This document shows positions 39,339-52,344 of a stretch of DNA of 64,000 nucleotides, one piece after another (position 1 is the stretch's first letter; the number at the start of each line of letters is the position of its first letter). Below the pieces are notes generated by a model. The model saw only the letters and a program-made list of their open reading frames with translations. It did no database searches and had not been told where the DNA came from. This stretch comes from Octopus sinensis (taxonomy: Eukaryota): contig NC_043003.1 of NCBI RefSeq assembly GCF_006345805.1, positions 102,796,001-102,860,000 of the forward strand. The letters run 5' to 3'. Both the position numbers and the translations under genes were made by a program.

Positions 39339-41075
39339 TTGAAATCGTAGTTTAATAATATCGCTGCTCATGTAGTCACCTATTAGCAATATAAGCAAGA
39401 ATTCCTCTTTTCGATCCAAATATCGATAGTAATGGTCGGTATCAGTCTGTAGCAGAAAACTTCTACCGTGCAAAAATCTGTGAAATTTTTTCACGGCAAA
39501 AATGATCGCTAGAGCTTCTTTGTCTATTTGACCATAATTTTTCTCCGCTGATATCAGAGAACGTGTAGCATGAACCACCGTCGCTTTTAATGAGTATATC
39601 GTTCAGATATGGAATTGCGAATTCACAGTCCGCTAACATTACATCCATAATCTGTTGAAAAATCCCTGGTGCGACTTTTAAACCAAATGGTAACCTGTTG
39701 TACTTATACAGTCTTTTATGTGTGTTACCTGTTAGGTATTTCGAGCATTCATCGTCTACTCTAATTTGTAGGTACGCGTCAGAGAGATCCAATTTAGAAA
39801 ATATCTTTCTACCGTTTAATTTCGCAAAAATATCCTCCAGAGTAGGTAGCGGTTAGTGGCACGTTTTAAGACATTCGTTTAGACCAATGGAAAAATCAGC
39901 GCACACTCTGATTTTATAATTTTCTTTTCTTAATATACGCAGTTGGTGCTGCCCATTTAGAATATTCCACTTTTTGGATAACTCTAATTTTTTCTAGTCT
40001 CTCTAGTTCTTCGTTGACTTGCTTCGTCGCTGCGAAGGGTACCATTCGTTTTGTCTTAAATACTGGTATGGCGTTTTCTTTTATTTGAAAACACGCCTTT
40101 GTATTGGTCCACAGACCTAATTCGAACAGAACTTCAGGAAAAATATTTTTTCTTTTTTCTTTCAGTTCGTCTGACAACTTGTTTTAATGCACAAACCATT
40201 TACGTTTTTACAGAACAGATTTATGGGGAGATCCCATAAATTAAACACTTCCATCCAGTCAGTACCGAACAAGTTTGTTGCATTATTTAACACAAAAACT
40301 TTTGCTGTCAAGGTTTTACCCCGAAATGTAACCTCAGTTATCATTTCGCCCCCAAAATGTAATTTTTTTCCTGAGACACTTTACGCAATTTTTTAAGTTT
40401 CCATTTTTAAAGTTTCCGATTTTTTGACAGTTAAAACATTTTTAAAATGAAGACTTCCGCACCCATAGCATGGATTGGGTCCTGATCTTTGTTTTCCCTT
40501 TTTTTTATCCGTACAGATCGACATGCATGTATGTGAGAGTAATCCTTTTCTTCGATTTTATTTGTGTCATATCGTAGACTAATAATTCTCTGACATTCCT
40601 CTGCCACTGTCTATAGAGTCAAATTCTGGTCCTGTTCTAATTTTGTCAATACCCGGCCACGTATTTCTGCATCTTTGTTTGCAATTAACCCTTGAACAAA
40701 ATTAGACATTTGAACATGTCCGGGCATAATTTTTTTAGTTTGGATTTTTCGCATTCTCGATTGACGACTCCGGCATAGGTGATGAAATCATCTTTTTTTT
40801 ACCAAATTCAAACCCTCCCAGCGAGTGTTGAACAGGAAACTTCTCAATGAAAATTTTCGATAACAATTTAATTGTTTTATCGAAAAAAAAATGTCACATA
40901 ATTTTTTTGGCAGAATGTAGTTACAGAATTTTTCGTGTTCGGCAGGGGATAATTTTCTTAAAAGTAGCCGAACCTTTTCATTGTCCGTCTTTGGAAATAT
41001 GGAGAAAAATAATACCCTCTTCTAGGTTATAACTAAATTCTACAATTGCGTTTGCTACGCCGTAGCGAGAACGAA
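39339..41075 (-). mobile_element. Ty3/Gypsy LTR-retrotransposon gag-pol remnant; no LTRs seen
   Basis: Gag-like EKVRLLLRKLSPAEHEKF; protease-region NLFGTDW; RT KWAAP, DLSDAYLQI, RLPFGLKVAPGIFQ, PYLNDILI; RNase H AEKNYGQIDKEALAIIFAVKKFH. Confidence 0.9.
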
Positions 41076-41150
41076 CCTTAAGTATTTTTGGACTTCAATT
41101 TTAATTCCAGCAACTGTTGGTATTGTTGTTGTTGTAATTGCTGCTGTAAC

Positions 41151-41190
<40 letters not shown>

Positions 41191-42043
41191 GCTACTGTTG
41201 TTGCTGTTGCCACTGCACCACGGAAGCTAATAAGTCTTTCATGTTAACTAATTTTTCTTTGATTTTGTATCAAAAGGAAATGCTAACGTCAGGCGCTGTA
41301 TGGTCTTTATGTTCTGAGTCGAGATTCCTTTATGATTGACTTTGTCTTTCATCCCTTCGGAGATCGATAAAATAAGTACCACTTGAGCACTGGGTCAATG
41401 TAATCAACTTTCCCTTCCTCCAAACTAGAGCCAAAATTTGAAACTAATATACTCATTAGGGGCTCATATAGATTCCCTTCAAAACCAATGACTTAAGGTC
41501 TTCTTGGATTATCCATTTCCATGTATTCTTGCATTGATTCTTTTTCTATTTCCCTTCTTCTGACATTCACATCATTGCACTCATTGTATGTCAAGTGGCT
41601 GAGATTCACAAAATGTCCCCTGCCAGATAATATTAATGCAGTGTCATGATGTTTTAAAGAGGCTGGTATTTGCTTTACAGAAGGATTCCCTCATTTATAA
41701 TTTCATCAAGCCACAAACTAAGGCTAAGAATACATTACAAGAACACCAACATTAAGAACTTTCTCATCAAAATAAAACCACAAACCAACAAGAACTACAG
41801 AACACATACTTCAGACAATCCATGTAAAACACAAATTTTAATATAAATGGGAAAACTATGACTTAAAGTCTTATACGGGTTACACAACTATAAACACTTT
41901 TTCACTAGTTGACTATATCTTGTTGTAAAAGGCACCATTGCAGAACATCATAGTATACAATCCACCATGCTGCAGTCCCATGACTTTGCTGTATCCCCGG
42001 TAGGGTGGCTGAATTGGTGCTACGTCTTGCCAAAGGGTAGCCT

Positions 42044-42420
42044 GCGGTGAGCTGGCAGAAACGTTAGCACGCCGGGCGAAATGCGTAGCCGAGGTCGACT
42101 TTGATTTCATCCTTTCGGGATCGATAAATTAAGTACCAGTTACGCACTGGAGGTTGATGTAATCGACTTAATCCCTTTGTCTGTCCTTGTTTGTCCTCTC
42201 TGTTTTTATCCCCGTGTGGGTAGTAAAGAAATAGGTATTTCGTCTGCCGCTACGTTCTGAGTTCAAATTCCGCTGAGGTCGACTTTGCCCTTCATCCTTT
42301 CGGGGTCGATAAATTAAGTACCAGTTACGCACTGGGATCGATGTAATCGACTTAAACCGTTTGTCTGTCCTTGTTTGTTCCCTCTGTATTTAGTCCCTTG
42401 TGGGCAGTAAAGAAATAGGT
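42044..42420 (+). mobile_element. Tandem dimer of S1 SINE
   Basis: Two cores joined through TAAAGAAATAGGTATTTCGTCTGCCGCTACG. Confidence 0.8.
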
Positions 42421-42492
42421 AGCCTGTAACTATGTATAGTAGATTGTGAAGATGTAGTGGAAGAGGTCAACTGAGCCAACAGTACTTCTTAC

Positions 42493-42670
42493 ATTGATGC
42501 CGAGCAGACGAATCATTGGAGATCAACAGTCAGGATCACCAAGCTCTATCAAGAGAGAAACTTCAATGCATTCATGGTTGAATAATCAGCCAATGAAAAA
42601 GATTCTTTATGTCTCAAGCTCCCAATTCAAATTCATAACAATGGGAACGAATAGTGACAGAGAGTCATGT
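42493..42670 (-). other. Candidate exon (178 bp; stops in all frames, so UTR or non-coding)
   Basis: Long pyrimidine tract ending TTTTACAG; donor AT|GTAAGA. Confidence 0.35.
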
Positions 42671-42937
42671 CTGTAAAAGTAGTGAAAATAAAAGAATACA
42701 AAACAAAACTAGGAAGATGAAATTAAAATTAATAACACTTCCATTATATCTGGAATTGCACCAAGAACTAGAATATTACCCATGAAAGTGTTATAAATAG
42801 TGAAATGTAGCCAAAAATTGCACACAGGTACAATATACTCGTAATAAACTAAAAGAGTGACTGGTCACTGAAAGTAATTTGGTGTTAATGGTTAACACAG
42901 TCTGAAATCTAGTGGCATTGAAGAATTGATCAGTTAC

Positions 42938-43129
42938 CAGTTATATGCAAAGAACCTGCAATGGCTAATTGGTTCAGAAGTTCACTTTGAAATTGTAAGG
43001 CCCCAGATTTGCTTCCAATGAGAAACATCTTAGAAGAATGCTTTTTTTCTCCTGGGAGGGTCAACCCAAGTCTTGTGAATAAAATTGGTTTGATGGAAAC
43101 CATAAAGAAATTTTTCAAGTGACACGTAC
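42938..43129 (-). other. Candidate exon (192 bp)
   Basis: Acceptor CTTTGGTTTACAG; donor CTG|GTAACT; phase-1 frame open. The acceptor site could instead be a donor (CAG|GTACGT). Confidence 0.3.
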
Positions 43130-43319
43130 CTGTAAACCAAAGACTCAATGGTGCTACATCTTGGCTCATGTTGATTTCCCCTGAGGGTTACATTAAGGGT
43201 ATATATATATCAATGGAATACTCAACCATCAGTAACTTAGATGACTTAGATATGTTTCAGTCAAAGATTGGCCCCTGGGCATGTCTAACTTGATAGCATC
43301 ACCTGATAGGATTTGTTAA

Positions 43320-43890
43320 GTCATTTTAAAGTCAAGTTTTGTGGTATCATGACCTATTCAAGTAGGGAGTTGCTGGCTGAGATGTATCCAGGTATAGATG
43401 CCTTGTCTGGTATCCCTTGAAGAAACCTATCCATATTTCGTTTGAAGGTGATGGGATTTTTTTCTTCTTTGATTTATTTTGGGATAATGTTAAACAGAGC
43501 TGGGTTTTCTGAGGAAAAGAAATTGTGTTGCAGTGAATTTATGTGTTGTGATCCTGAATTGTGGAGGGGGCATATGGCATGTGGTCCCAGCCTTGGATAA
43601 ATTCTTAATCTAATGTTAATCTTGTTTGGGAAATGCTGGTGGTATAGTCTCTCCATTGTGCAAATTATGTAGTGCTTGCAGCAGCACTGGAGAAACTGAA
43701 GATTCAACTTTTTAAGCTGGCCCCAGTAATCAAAATCAGCCATACCCTTAATTTTTTTAGTGAATGCACTCCAGGGTAATTCATTTCTTGTAATGTTTTG
43801 TTTGATGAGGGGAGACGATAGGGAGCAGCAAATACAAATATCATTCCCATACTCTTTGCTACCCACCATAAAAAAAGATAGGAACAACTA
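43320..43890 (-). mobile_element. CR1/L2-group LINE 3' end
   Basis: AFTKKIKGM..FDYWGQLKKLNL, YPRLG, LFNIIPK, FKRNMDRFLQGIPD. Confidence 0.8.
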
Positions 43891-44890
43891 ATACTTTTAT
43901 TAAGAATTAATGAGGGGCCTATTATGCAGTCATTCTATCTGCAAGAAGTAGTAACCAATTTTTTCTCAAATCCACATCCTACACAGATAAACTACTGTAA
44001 TGTTATTGCAAAATGGCCATAGCCGGAATGTCAAGGACATTGGTGTGGTTGATCAGATTTGACCCTCAGTTAAGCAACACTAACTTGAAGAGGTTTTGAA
44101 ACATTAATGGATTAAGGAAATTATTGATCCAAATCAATAAATCAATACCATATATGGAAATAAGAAAATTCCTTTAAAAGGATATCAAACATTAGTGCAG
44201 CTTTGTTTCCAATATAACATAATCACACACATAGAAATACACATGCTCACAGAGAGAGAGATAGAAAGAGAGAGACAGACAGACAGAGAAACAGAGAGAC
44301 AAAGCCAAATTTCAGTGAAACATAGAAAATTTTCAACTTTTATATATTATATATATATATATACGTTCAGCAAAATTTAGATTCAGATGAATATGGTACT
44401 TAAGTTAAAAGGCACCAGAACTTGGTATGGTATTATCCATATAAATCAAATGGGGTGATTATAATCAAAATAAGCAACAAGAATATCCAAAGTAGAGAAG
44501 TACAATCACTTCATGCTACTTCATTTAATTAAACAATGTAAGTATCACATCAGTTTTAAAATGTAGAGCACTCTTCAACCACATATAGAATCGTTTAATT
44601 AAATAGACAATGTTCATTTTTATATTTATTCTATTTGCCAACATTACAAAGAGGGTAGATATATAGACAGAGAGGTTAATTTCATCATTAAGAACATGGT
44701 AGTAGCATATTTGAATGTATTTTAACTAAAGTTAGTGGGGTAGGGAGAATAGAGACTACCAATGCTCTAGAGATTTCTAATGTTCTTAACCATTTAACAG
44801 CCATAATTCTCCTTGTGATATTAAATAAATATCCTTTAGATAGTTTTTTTCCAAAGGATTCTAATATATTTTAGTATCTTATATAGGGAT

Positions 44891-44922
<32 letters not shown>

Positions 44923-44924
44923 TA

Positions 44925-45862
44925 TCATCATCATCATCATCATCATCGTTTAGCGTCCGCTTTCCATGCTAGCATGGGTTGGACGGGTCAACTGGGGTCT
45001 GTGAAGCTGGAAGGCGTCGTCAGGCCCAGTCAGATCTGGCAGTGTTTCTACGGCTGGATGCCCTTCCTAACGCCAACCACTCCGCGAGTGTAGTGGGTGT
45101 TTTTTACGTGCCACCTGCACAGGTGCCAGACAGAGCTGGCAACGGACACGAACGGATGGTGCTTTTACGTGCCACCGACACGGGGCCAGACAGAGCTGGC
45201 AACCGGCCACGAACGGACGGTGCTTTTACGTGTCACCGGCATGGGGGCCAGCCGAGGCTGGCAATGGACGCGAACGGATGGTGCTTTTACGTGCCACCGA
45301 CACGGTTGCCAGACAGAGCTGGCAAACGGCCACGAGCGGACGGTGCTTTTACGTGTCACCGGCACAGGGGCCAGCCGAGGCTGGCAACGGACACGGACGG
45401 ATGGTGCTTTTACGTGCCACCAACACGGGGCCAGACAGAGCTGGCAAACGGCCACAAACGGACGGTGCTTTTACGTGTCACCGGCACGGGGCCAGGCGAG
45501 GCTGGCAACGAACACGAACGGATGGTGCTTTTACGTGTCACCGACACGGGGCCAGGCAGAGCTGGCAAACGGCCATGAGCGAATGGTGCTTTTACGTATC
45601 ACCGGCACGGGTGCCAGACGAGGCTGACAGCGGACACGAACGGATGGGTCACTTAACCCCTGCTTTCTGATATATGATTTGATTTTGATTGTTCTCACTG
45701 GTCTTGCCGGGTCTTCTCACGCACAGCATACTTCCATAGGTCTCGGTCTCTGGTCATTTTCTTGGTGAGACCTAGAGTTCGAAGGTCGTGCTTTACCACC
45801 TCGACCCAGGTTTTCCTGGGTCTACCTCTTCCACAGGTCCCCTCAACTGCCAGGGTGTGGCA
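44925..45862 (-). mobile_element. RTE LINE 3' end with 3' UTR, 61-bp tandem array and (GAT)n tail
   Basis: [27 protein letters not shown]...[12 protein letters not shown] motif GGAGTGGTTGGCGTTAGGAAGGGCATCCAG. Tail at 44925-44946. Confidence 0.85.
45098..45650. repeat. ~9 x 61-bp tandem repeat with A/B alternation
   Basis: GCTTTTACG starts at 45161, 45222, 45283, 45345, 45406, 45467, 45527, 45588. Confidence 0.95.
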
Positions 45863-45892
45863 CTTATATATATATACATACATACATAAATA

Positions 45893-45936
<44 letters not shown>

Positions 45937-46047
45937 ATATATGTGTGTGTATGTATATATATATACACACACACATATGCATGCTTTTATGTGTGTGTGT
46001 GTAATATATATATATATACATACATACATATACATACATATATATAT

Positions 46048-46079
<32 letters not shown>

Positions 46080-46182
46080 CATATATATTCATATACATAT
46101 ATGTAAGTATGTATGTATTATGTATGTATGTATGTATGTATGTATGTATGTATGTATGTATGTATGTATGTATGTATGTATA

Positions 46183-46675
46183 CAGGGTGTAGCAAATAAA
46201 CTGTTGTCTAAATTATGCAAAAATGAAAATAACACTGACATCTCATTTTAACAGATATATTTACCAAAATTACATAAAATATTTTGAAATGCTAGAGAGT
46301 AAATTTATTCAATAAAATCACCATTGGCTTCAACCACGGCCTCCAGACGACATCGGAAGGAAGCATAACATCACCATCATTAGTGAACATACCAAACACC
46401 ATGATGTTTGATTTTTATCACTCTTGGTACATGTCCTCACATTGCACCCAAACACTCTGAAATGTTCATATTGGACTTTCAGTGTCAATGGCTAGCAGTA
46501 CAGCATGTTGTTTCCAAATTGCTGGCAGAGTGAATTGCGCCATGGTTCTGTTTTCCTCACAGATGGTGCCCAACTGACCCTACTATAGCTTGTAGTTGAC
46601 AAAATCAAATACAAACAATGCGCATGCGCTGAATTAAAAATAAGAAAAGGGCAGCAATTTACTCATTGCACCCTG
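46183..46675 (-). mobile_element. Internally deleted Tc1/mariner element (maT/DD37D-like)
   Basis: TA|CAGGGTG termini at both ends; C-terminal remnant SFRCRLEAVVEANGDFIE*. Confidence 0.7.
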
Positions 46676-46708
<33 letters not shown>

Positions 46709-46997
46709 ATATATATATATATATACAGTAAAGTTTAAATGCATAGAGAAAAACAATTGTTTCAAATATCTAAGCAAGAGATATACAGTAACAGTACTGA
46801 ATAATAAAGTTTATATGCCAACAGAATGTGGCAGCCATATAAAGAATGATGTTACTGTTGTCTTAGCACCAGGAAAATATCTTTTCCAGCTGGCTTTCAA
46901 CACACAGTTTGTGTCCATATACCATTTGCAAGGGAGGTCATCACTCCCATCTCTAGCCTTATGTGATACTCACAGACCTAGGTTTCTGAGTGGTTAC

Positions 46998-47092
46998 CTG
47001 TCCTCAGTGAGCAATAGCCACAAGCTAGTGCAGAAAGTTCTCATCACTCGCAACAGTATATATTCTTTAAGCAACACACAGTTGCTGGTCTC
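46998..47092 (-). other. Candidate exon (95 bp; frame 0 open, ETSNCVLLKEYILLRVMRTFCTSLWLLLTEDR)
   Basis: Acceptor TTGTTTTTCTCTACAG; donor CAG|GTAACC. Confidence 0.4.
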
Positions 47093-47168
47093 CTGTAGAG
47101 AAAAACAATTTGTTTTAAATTTCTGAGCAAGAGGTGTACAGTAACAGCACCAAATACATATATATATA

Positions 47169-47210
<42 letters not shown>

Positions 47211-47211
47211 T

Positions 47212-47244
<33 letters not shown>

Positions 47245-47559
47245 ATATATATATATGTATTTAAGTAGCCAAATGAATTATCTTATTACGGATAATTCGA
47301 AAGATAACCGATACCTGGGTAGCAATACTTATTATATATATATATATTTATATGTATATTTATATATACATATATATAATACTTATATATCTATATTTAT
47401 ATATATATATATACAACATCTATGTATATAATACATATACATATATAATAAACATACATGTGCATACCCACACACCCACCCACCCACACACATATCATTT
47501 CGCCCTTTATTATTTTCCCTTCTTTCTACTTCTCCTGTCAAATCTTTTTTCCCAACATG

Positions 47560-47750
47560 TTGGCATGCTTGATTACTAAATCCACACATTTTTCTTTATT
47601 CTATCTTTGTTTATTTTCTCTTATTGTTGAAGAGCATAGGCTCATAATATAAAAGACTTTCTCACTCTCCTGAGCATCAACCTAATACACCTGCTTGTTG
47701 CTCATACACCTGTCTTTGTCTTTTGTCTTTCTGTAAATTTCAACTATATA
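47560..47750 (+). mobile_element. PLE-like 3' end (family C)
   Basis: TTGTTGAAGAGCATAGGCTCATAATATAAAAGAC; homologous to the 29.1-kb and 34.0-kb copies. Confidence 0.5.
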
Positions 47751-48024
47751 TAATATGTATGTGTGTGTGTGTGTGTGTTTGTGTGTGTGAGTGTGTGTGT
47801 GTGTGTATGTGCACATGCACATGTTATATATGTGTATATATGTGTGGAAAGTAAATTTCTGTTTTTCCATATATTCATATATGCATATATGTGAATATGC
47901 ATGCATTTGTATATGTATATGTGTATGTATTCATGTATGCATGTTTGCGCAAACACACACAGAAACACATGCACTCACCACACTCGCACATGTAAATATA
48001 TACATGTATTTTATACATATATAT

Positions 48025-48315
48025 ATTCGAGCGAGGTCATTGCCAGTGCCGCTGGACTGGATCTTGTGCAGGTGGCACATAAAAAAACACCATTTGAGAA
48101 TGGCTGTTGCAAGTACCGCCTGACTGACCCTTGTGCCGGTGGCACATAAAAGCAGCCACAACACTCTCGGAGTGGTTGGCATTAGGAAGAGCATCCAGCT
48201 GTAGAAACTCTGCCAGATCAGATTGGAACCTGGTGCAGCCAGTCCTCAGTCAAATCGTCCAACCGATGCCAGCATGGAAAGCGTATCTTAAACGATGATG
48301 ATGATGATGATGATG
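48025..48315 (+). mobile_element. RTE-type 3' UTR/tail fragment with two GTGC(C/A)GGTGGCAC units
   Basis: Same UTR motif and (GAT)n tail as 44925-45862. Confidence 0.75.
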
Positions 48316-48455
48316 ATATATATATATATATATATAATATATATATAATATATATATATAACATATATAGACGATATATATATACATATATAGACAATGA
48401 TGATATATATATATATATACATATTATATTTATATATATATAAATACATGTATAC

Positions 48456-48502
<47 letters not shown>

Positions 48503-49653
48503 CATACATACATGCATACATACATATATACCTACATACATATATACATACATGCATACTTATATATATATGACTGCATGAGTATGTGTGAAAGTACAAT
48601 TTATTCCAGAAACTTCCCATGCCAGCCTGTTTATTTATACATTTTATAACATTTTCTTTGGTTTATCTAAATAAATTGTATTTAATTTCTCATCATTTCA
48701 GACTGGATAGCTTTCCATCCCACCCTTAACTGAATTGACCTCCACCTGCCACTGTGTTGGTGCACGTGTATGTGTGTGTGCACATGCGTGTATGTCTGAG
48801 TGTGTGTGCGTGTGTGTCTGCGTGTGTGTGTGTCTGTCTGTCTGTGCGTCAATGTCTGTGTGTCTGCGTGCATGTATGTATGCGTGCGTGTGTGTGTGTG
48901 TGTGTGTGTGTGTATGCGTGTGTGCGTGTGGGGAAGAGAGAGACTGCTGGATTGGTACAAGGGGAACGGTCTCTAAGGATGGTGCAGGGTGGGAAGAGGT
49001 CAAGGTAAACAGCACCTTAAAGAATGACATTATTTTACCTGTGCAGTTGGTGTTGTGTGTGGAATAGGCAGGGTGGGGGATTGTGGTTGTTGTGGTGGTG
49101 AGGGAGATGAAGTACAAAATAGGAATTCCTCTGTGTGTGTGTGTGTGAATGAGAGATCTTTCTTTTTTAAGGTACCTATCTGAACAAGGTCAAGGGAGGT
49201 GGTATGACAAGGGAAAAGCACTTCTAATGGAGGCTGTGTACTGTGACAGGTGGACAGGACAACAATATGTATATAATGTGAAGTGGGGGAGGGGCTCTAA
49301 TGTTGGGGGGCATAAGTTTGCTTGCTCATCCTTTTGTGTCTTTGTCACCTGCTTCTCCCCTCACACACACACACACACACACTCTCACACACATACACAC
49401 ACATATACACATATGCACATGCATACACACACGCACACACAAACACACACATGCATACACTCATACATACATACATACACACATATACACCTACACACAT
49501 ATACACACATACATACATTCTCCCTCTCTCTCTCTCTCTCTCTTTCTCTCTAGGTATCTGTTTTCTTTTATTTTTCCCTTGTTTCCCTCATTGAACTGTG
49601 ACCATGCTGGGGTACCTTGATGGATTTAGTTAAACAAATCAGCCTTATTATGG

Positions 49654-50269
49654 GTTTCACAAGAGATGATACAGGTGGTACTTTCCCATATATTTGTACT
49701 CTGGTTGGATGACGCTTCCACGAGAGATTTTGAGCTCGCATAAGGAGGCGAGTGTAAGTTCCATCCAACCCCCTCTCAAGCTTCTTTGATAACGTCCAGG
49801 TTTCTGAGCCAAATAGTAGAGTTGGCTCGACTGTGGCTTTGAAGATTTTAAGTTTGAAATCTCTACTTAGATTTAATGACCAGATCTTATGCATATTATT
49901 ACAGGCTGACCAGGCCATACCCTTTCTAGTTAGAAAATCTTTTTCAGATGATATATGTATGACCCAAGATATTTGTAATCAGAAACCATATCTAAGAGCG
50001 TATTGTTGAGAGTATGGATGATGAAATCACTGTTGGACAGGTACTTGTTTGCTGGACATTGTTGTAGAAAACGAGGTAATTTCTACTCTTCTCCTCTGGA
50101 AACCATCTGCTCGCGATACCAAAGGGCGCATACTCTCTTACCCTGATGTAATCTCCAGGGATACAGGCATCCAGCAACAGGACCTCCGTAATGCTATGAT
50201 GGACCGTGAAGTCTGGCGTAACATAGTAAATTCCATTGTCTCGACCACAATCGAACAATGATGATGATG
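49654..50269. mobile_element. 5'-inverted RTE-type LINE insertion inside an S2 SINE
   Basis: Minus segment ~50050-49654 encodes DYKYLGS...MAWSACN...GSETWTL...PPVSSLVK. Plus segment from 50048 continues FAGHC...LLLWKP...DREVWR and ends in an (ATG)n tail. ATTATGG at 49647-49653 and 50270-50276. Confidence 0.8.
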
Positions 50270-50574
50270 ATTATGGATTTAAGTACAGTACTTATTCTAT
50301 CAGTCTCTTTAGCCAAGCATTAAGTTACAGGGATATAAATAAAAAACACCATTGGTCAAGCAGTGATGGTGGGCACAAATACAAACTCAGACACAACTCG
50401 CTCGAGTATTTACCACTTCCAAGCTTCTGCTCACTGTGAAACATATGTAACCTGGATATCATCTTCTCCATTCCTTAACTGTTGTATACACACACACACA
50501 CATATATATATATATATTTACTTGGAAATGGATGTGTGACGTTCAATCAAATAATAAGAAAAATAATATATATA

Positions 50575-50638
<64 letters not shown>

Positions 50639-50666
50639 TGTATGTATCTATATCTATATATATATC

Positions 50667-50700
<34 letters not shown>

Positions 50701-51244
50701 CATATGTATATATGGGTACAGGGGTACAGGACGTCACCAACAGTAAACAACATGAAATATGAAAACAAATGAGTTCAATATGCAAACAAGAGAAACAAAT
50801 GGAAAGCAGAACAAGTAACATAAAGAACGACCCATCATCACTTGTCGGATGTCTTTCTACTCCTCATTTCGAGTATTGAACGACAATATGAGTCTTCGAA
50901 GACAGTTGCTCCCATAAGTACCAAAATAAAATTTGGGATTTATGGAGGGTCAAAGTTGGGAACAAAAAGCAGGACAGTGGAGACATACAAGGAAACCAAA
51001 CGAAAACAAACATGGAGGGTCATTAGAACACTGGAGAAATATTTTCTTTGACAAGAGAAATGATAGAAGAGACAGAGAGGATACATCCAGCCCTTGCAAC
51101 AGTCCTGAAAGAAACGAAAGATGATCACGAGAGGAAAAGAAAGATGGACGATGGTCACGTGTGAGCAACGAGAGAGAGAATAGGAGAAAGAGGGGGAGAG
51201 AGAGACAGATAGAAAATTGTGAAAGGCAGAAAAAAAACGGAATT

Positions 51245-52320
51245 AGAAAAAGTTAGGATTAGAGGAGAGGCTTGATAGAGCTATACAAGCCATGTACAGT
51301 GGTGTTGTCTGTAAGGTGGGAGTTGGCCATAAATACAGTAATGAATTTAGCATACAGGTAGGGGTTCACCAAGGCTCGCTTCTCAGCCCACTCTTATTCA
51401 TTATAGTCCACCAAGCCATAACAGAGGAATTCAAAACTGGATGCTTGTGGGAACTGTTATATGCCGATGACCTTGCTCTTAAGAAATTCCGGAAACAAAA
51501 CCTGGAATCAAAGGGCCTTAAAGTTAACCTAGCAAAGACCAAAGTTGTTGTTAGTAAGAAAGAAGGTAAAACTAATTTTCCATCAGATAAATGGCCCTGA
51601 TCAGTATGTAGGAAAAGAGTTGGAAGAAATTCCATTTTCTGCACCCAGTGTAAACTATGAACACATAACAGGTGCAGATAAAGTCATCTTTGTATGTGGC
51701 AGATGTACAGGAATGATAAGCACTGAGATCAGGAGCGACTTAGATTCTCTCAAATGCCCAGGATGCTCTCTTGAGGTTGTAGATGGTTTCTGTTACCTAG
51801 GTGACCAAATTAGCAATGGTGGAGGATATTCTGAAAGTATTATTTCTAGAATAAGAATTGGGTGGAGGAAGTTCATAGAGTTATTACCTCTGCTGGCAAC
51901 AAAAGGACTCTCTCTCAGAGTGAAAGGTAGGCTATATGATACTTGTGTGTGGATGGATATACTCCATAGTAGTGAGATACGGGCTCTGAATGCAGAAGAC
52001 ATGCATAGACTGGAGAGAATGAAGCTAGTATGCTCCAGCGTGCATGTACAACAAAGTGAAAATGTATTGAAAGAAAAGTTGGGCATAAGAGGAATCAAAT
52101 GTAAGAGAGAAGACTATGTTGGTTTGGACATATGATGTGTATGAATGAGGACAGCTGCATAAAGAAGTGCTGATTACTTAAAGTGGATGGTACCCGCAGA
52201 AGAGGTAGAGCCAGGAAGACATGGGATGAAGTGGTATGGACCAATCTCAGGATGTTGGGCCTCACAGAGGAAATGACAATGGACCGAGATGTCAGGTGAT
52301 ATGAAGTTCTTGAGAAGACC
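51245..52320 (+). mobile_element. RTE-clade LINE RT and C-terminus, frameshifted
   Basis: VGVHQGSLLSPLLF, LLYADDL, FCYLGDQI, RGRARKTWDEVV. Confidence 0.9.
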
Positions 52321-52344
52321 GTGCCCACGTCAGTGAAACTGAGT

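Noticed and set aside
41510-41725. ~70-codon open frame on the minus strand (LWLDEIINEGNPSVKQ...)
   Set aside because: No recognisable homology or clear donor; this length is expected by chance somewhere in 64 kb.
45098-45650. CRISPR array
   Set aside because: Units are contiguous with no unique spacers, lie in a LINE UTR, and there are no cas genes in this eukaryotic context.
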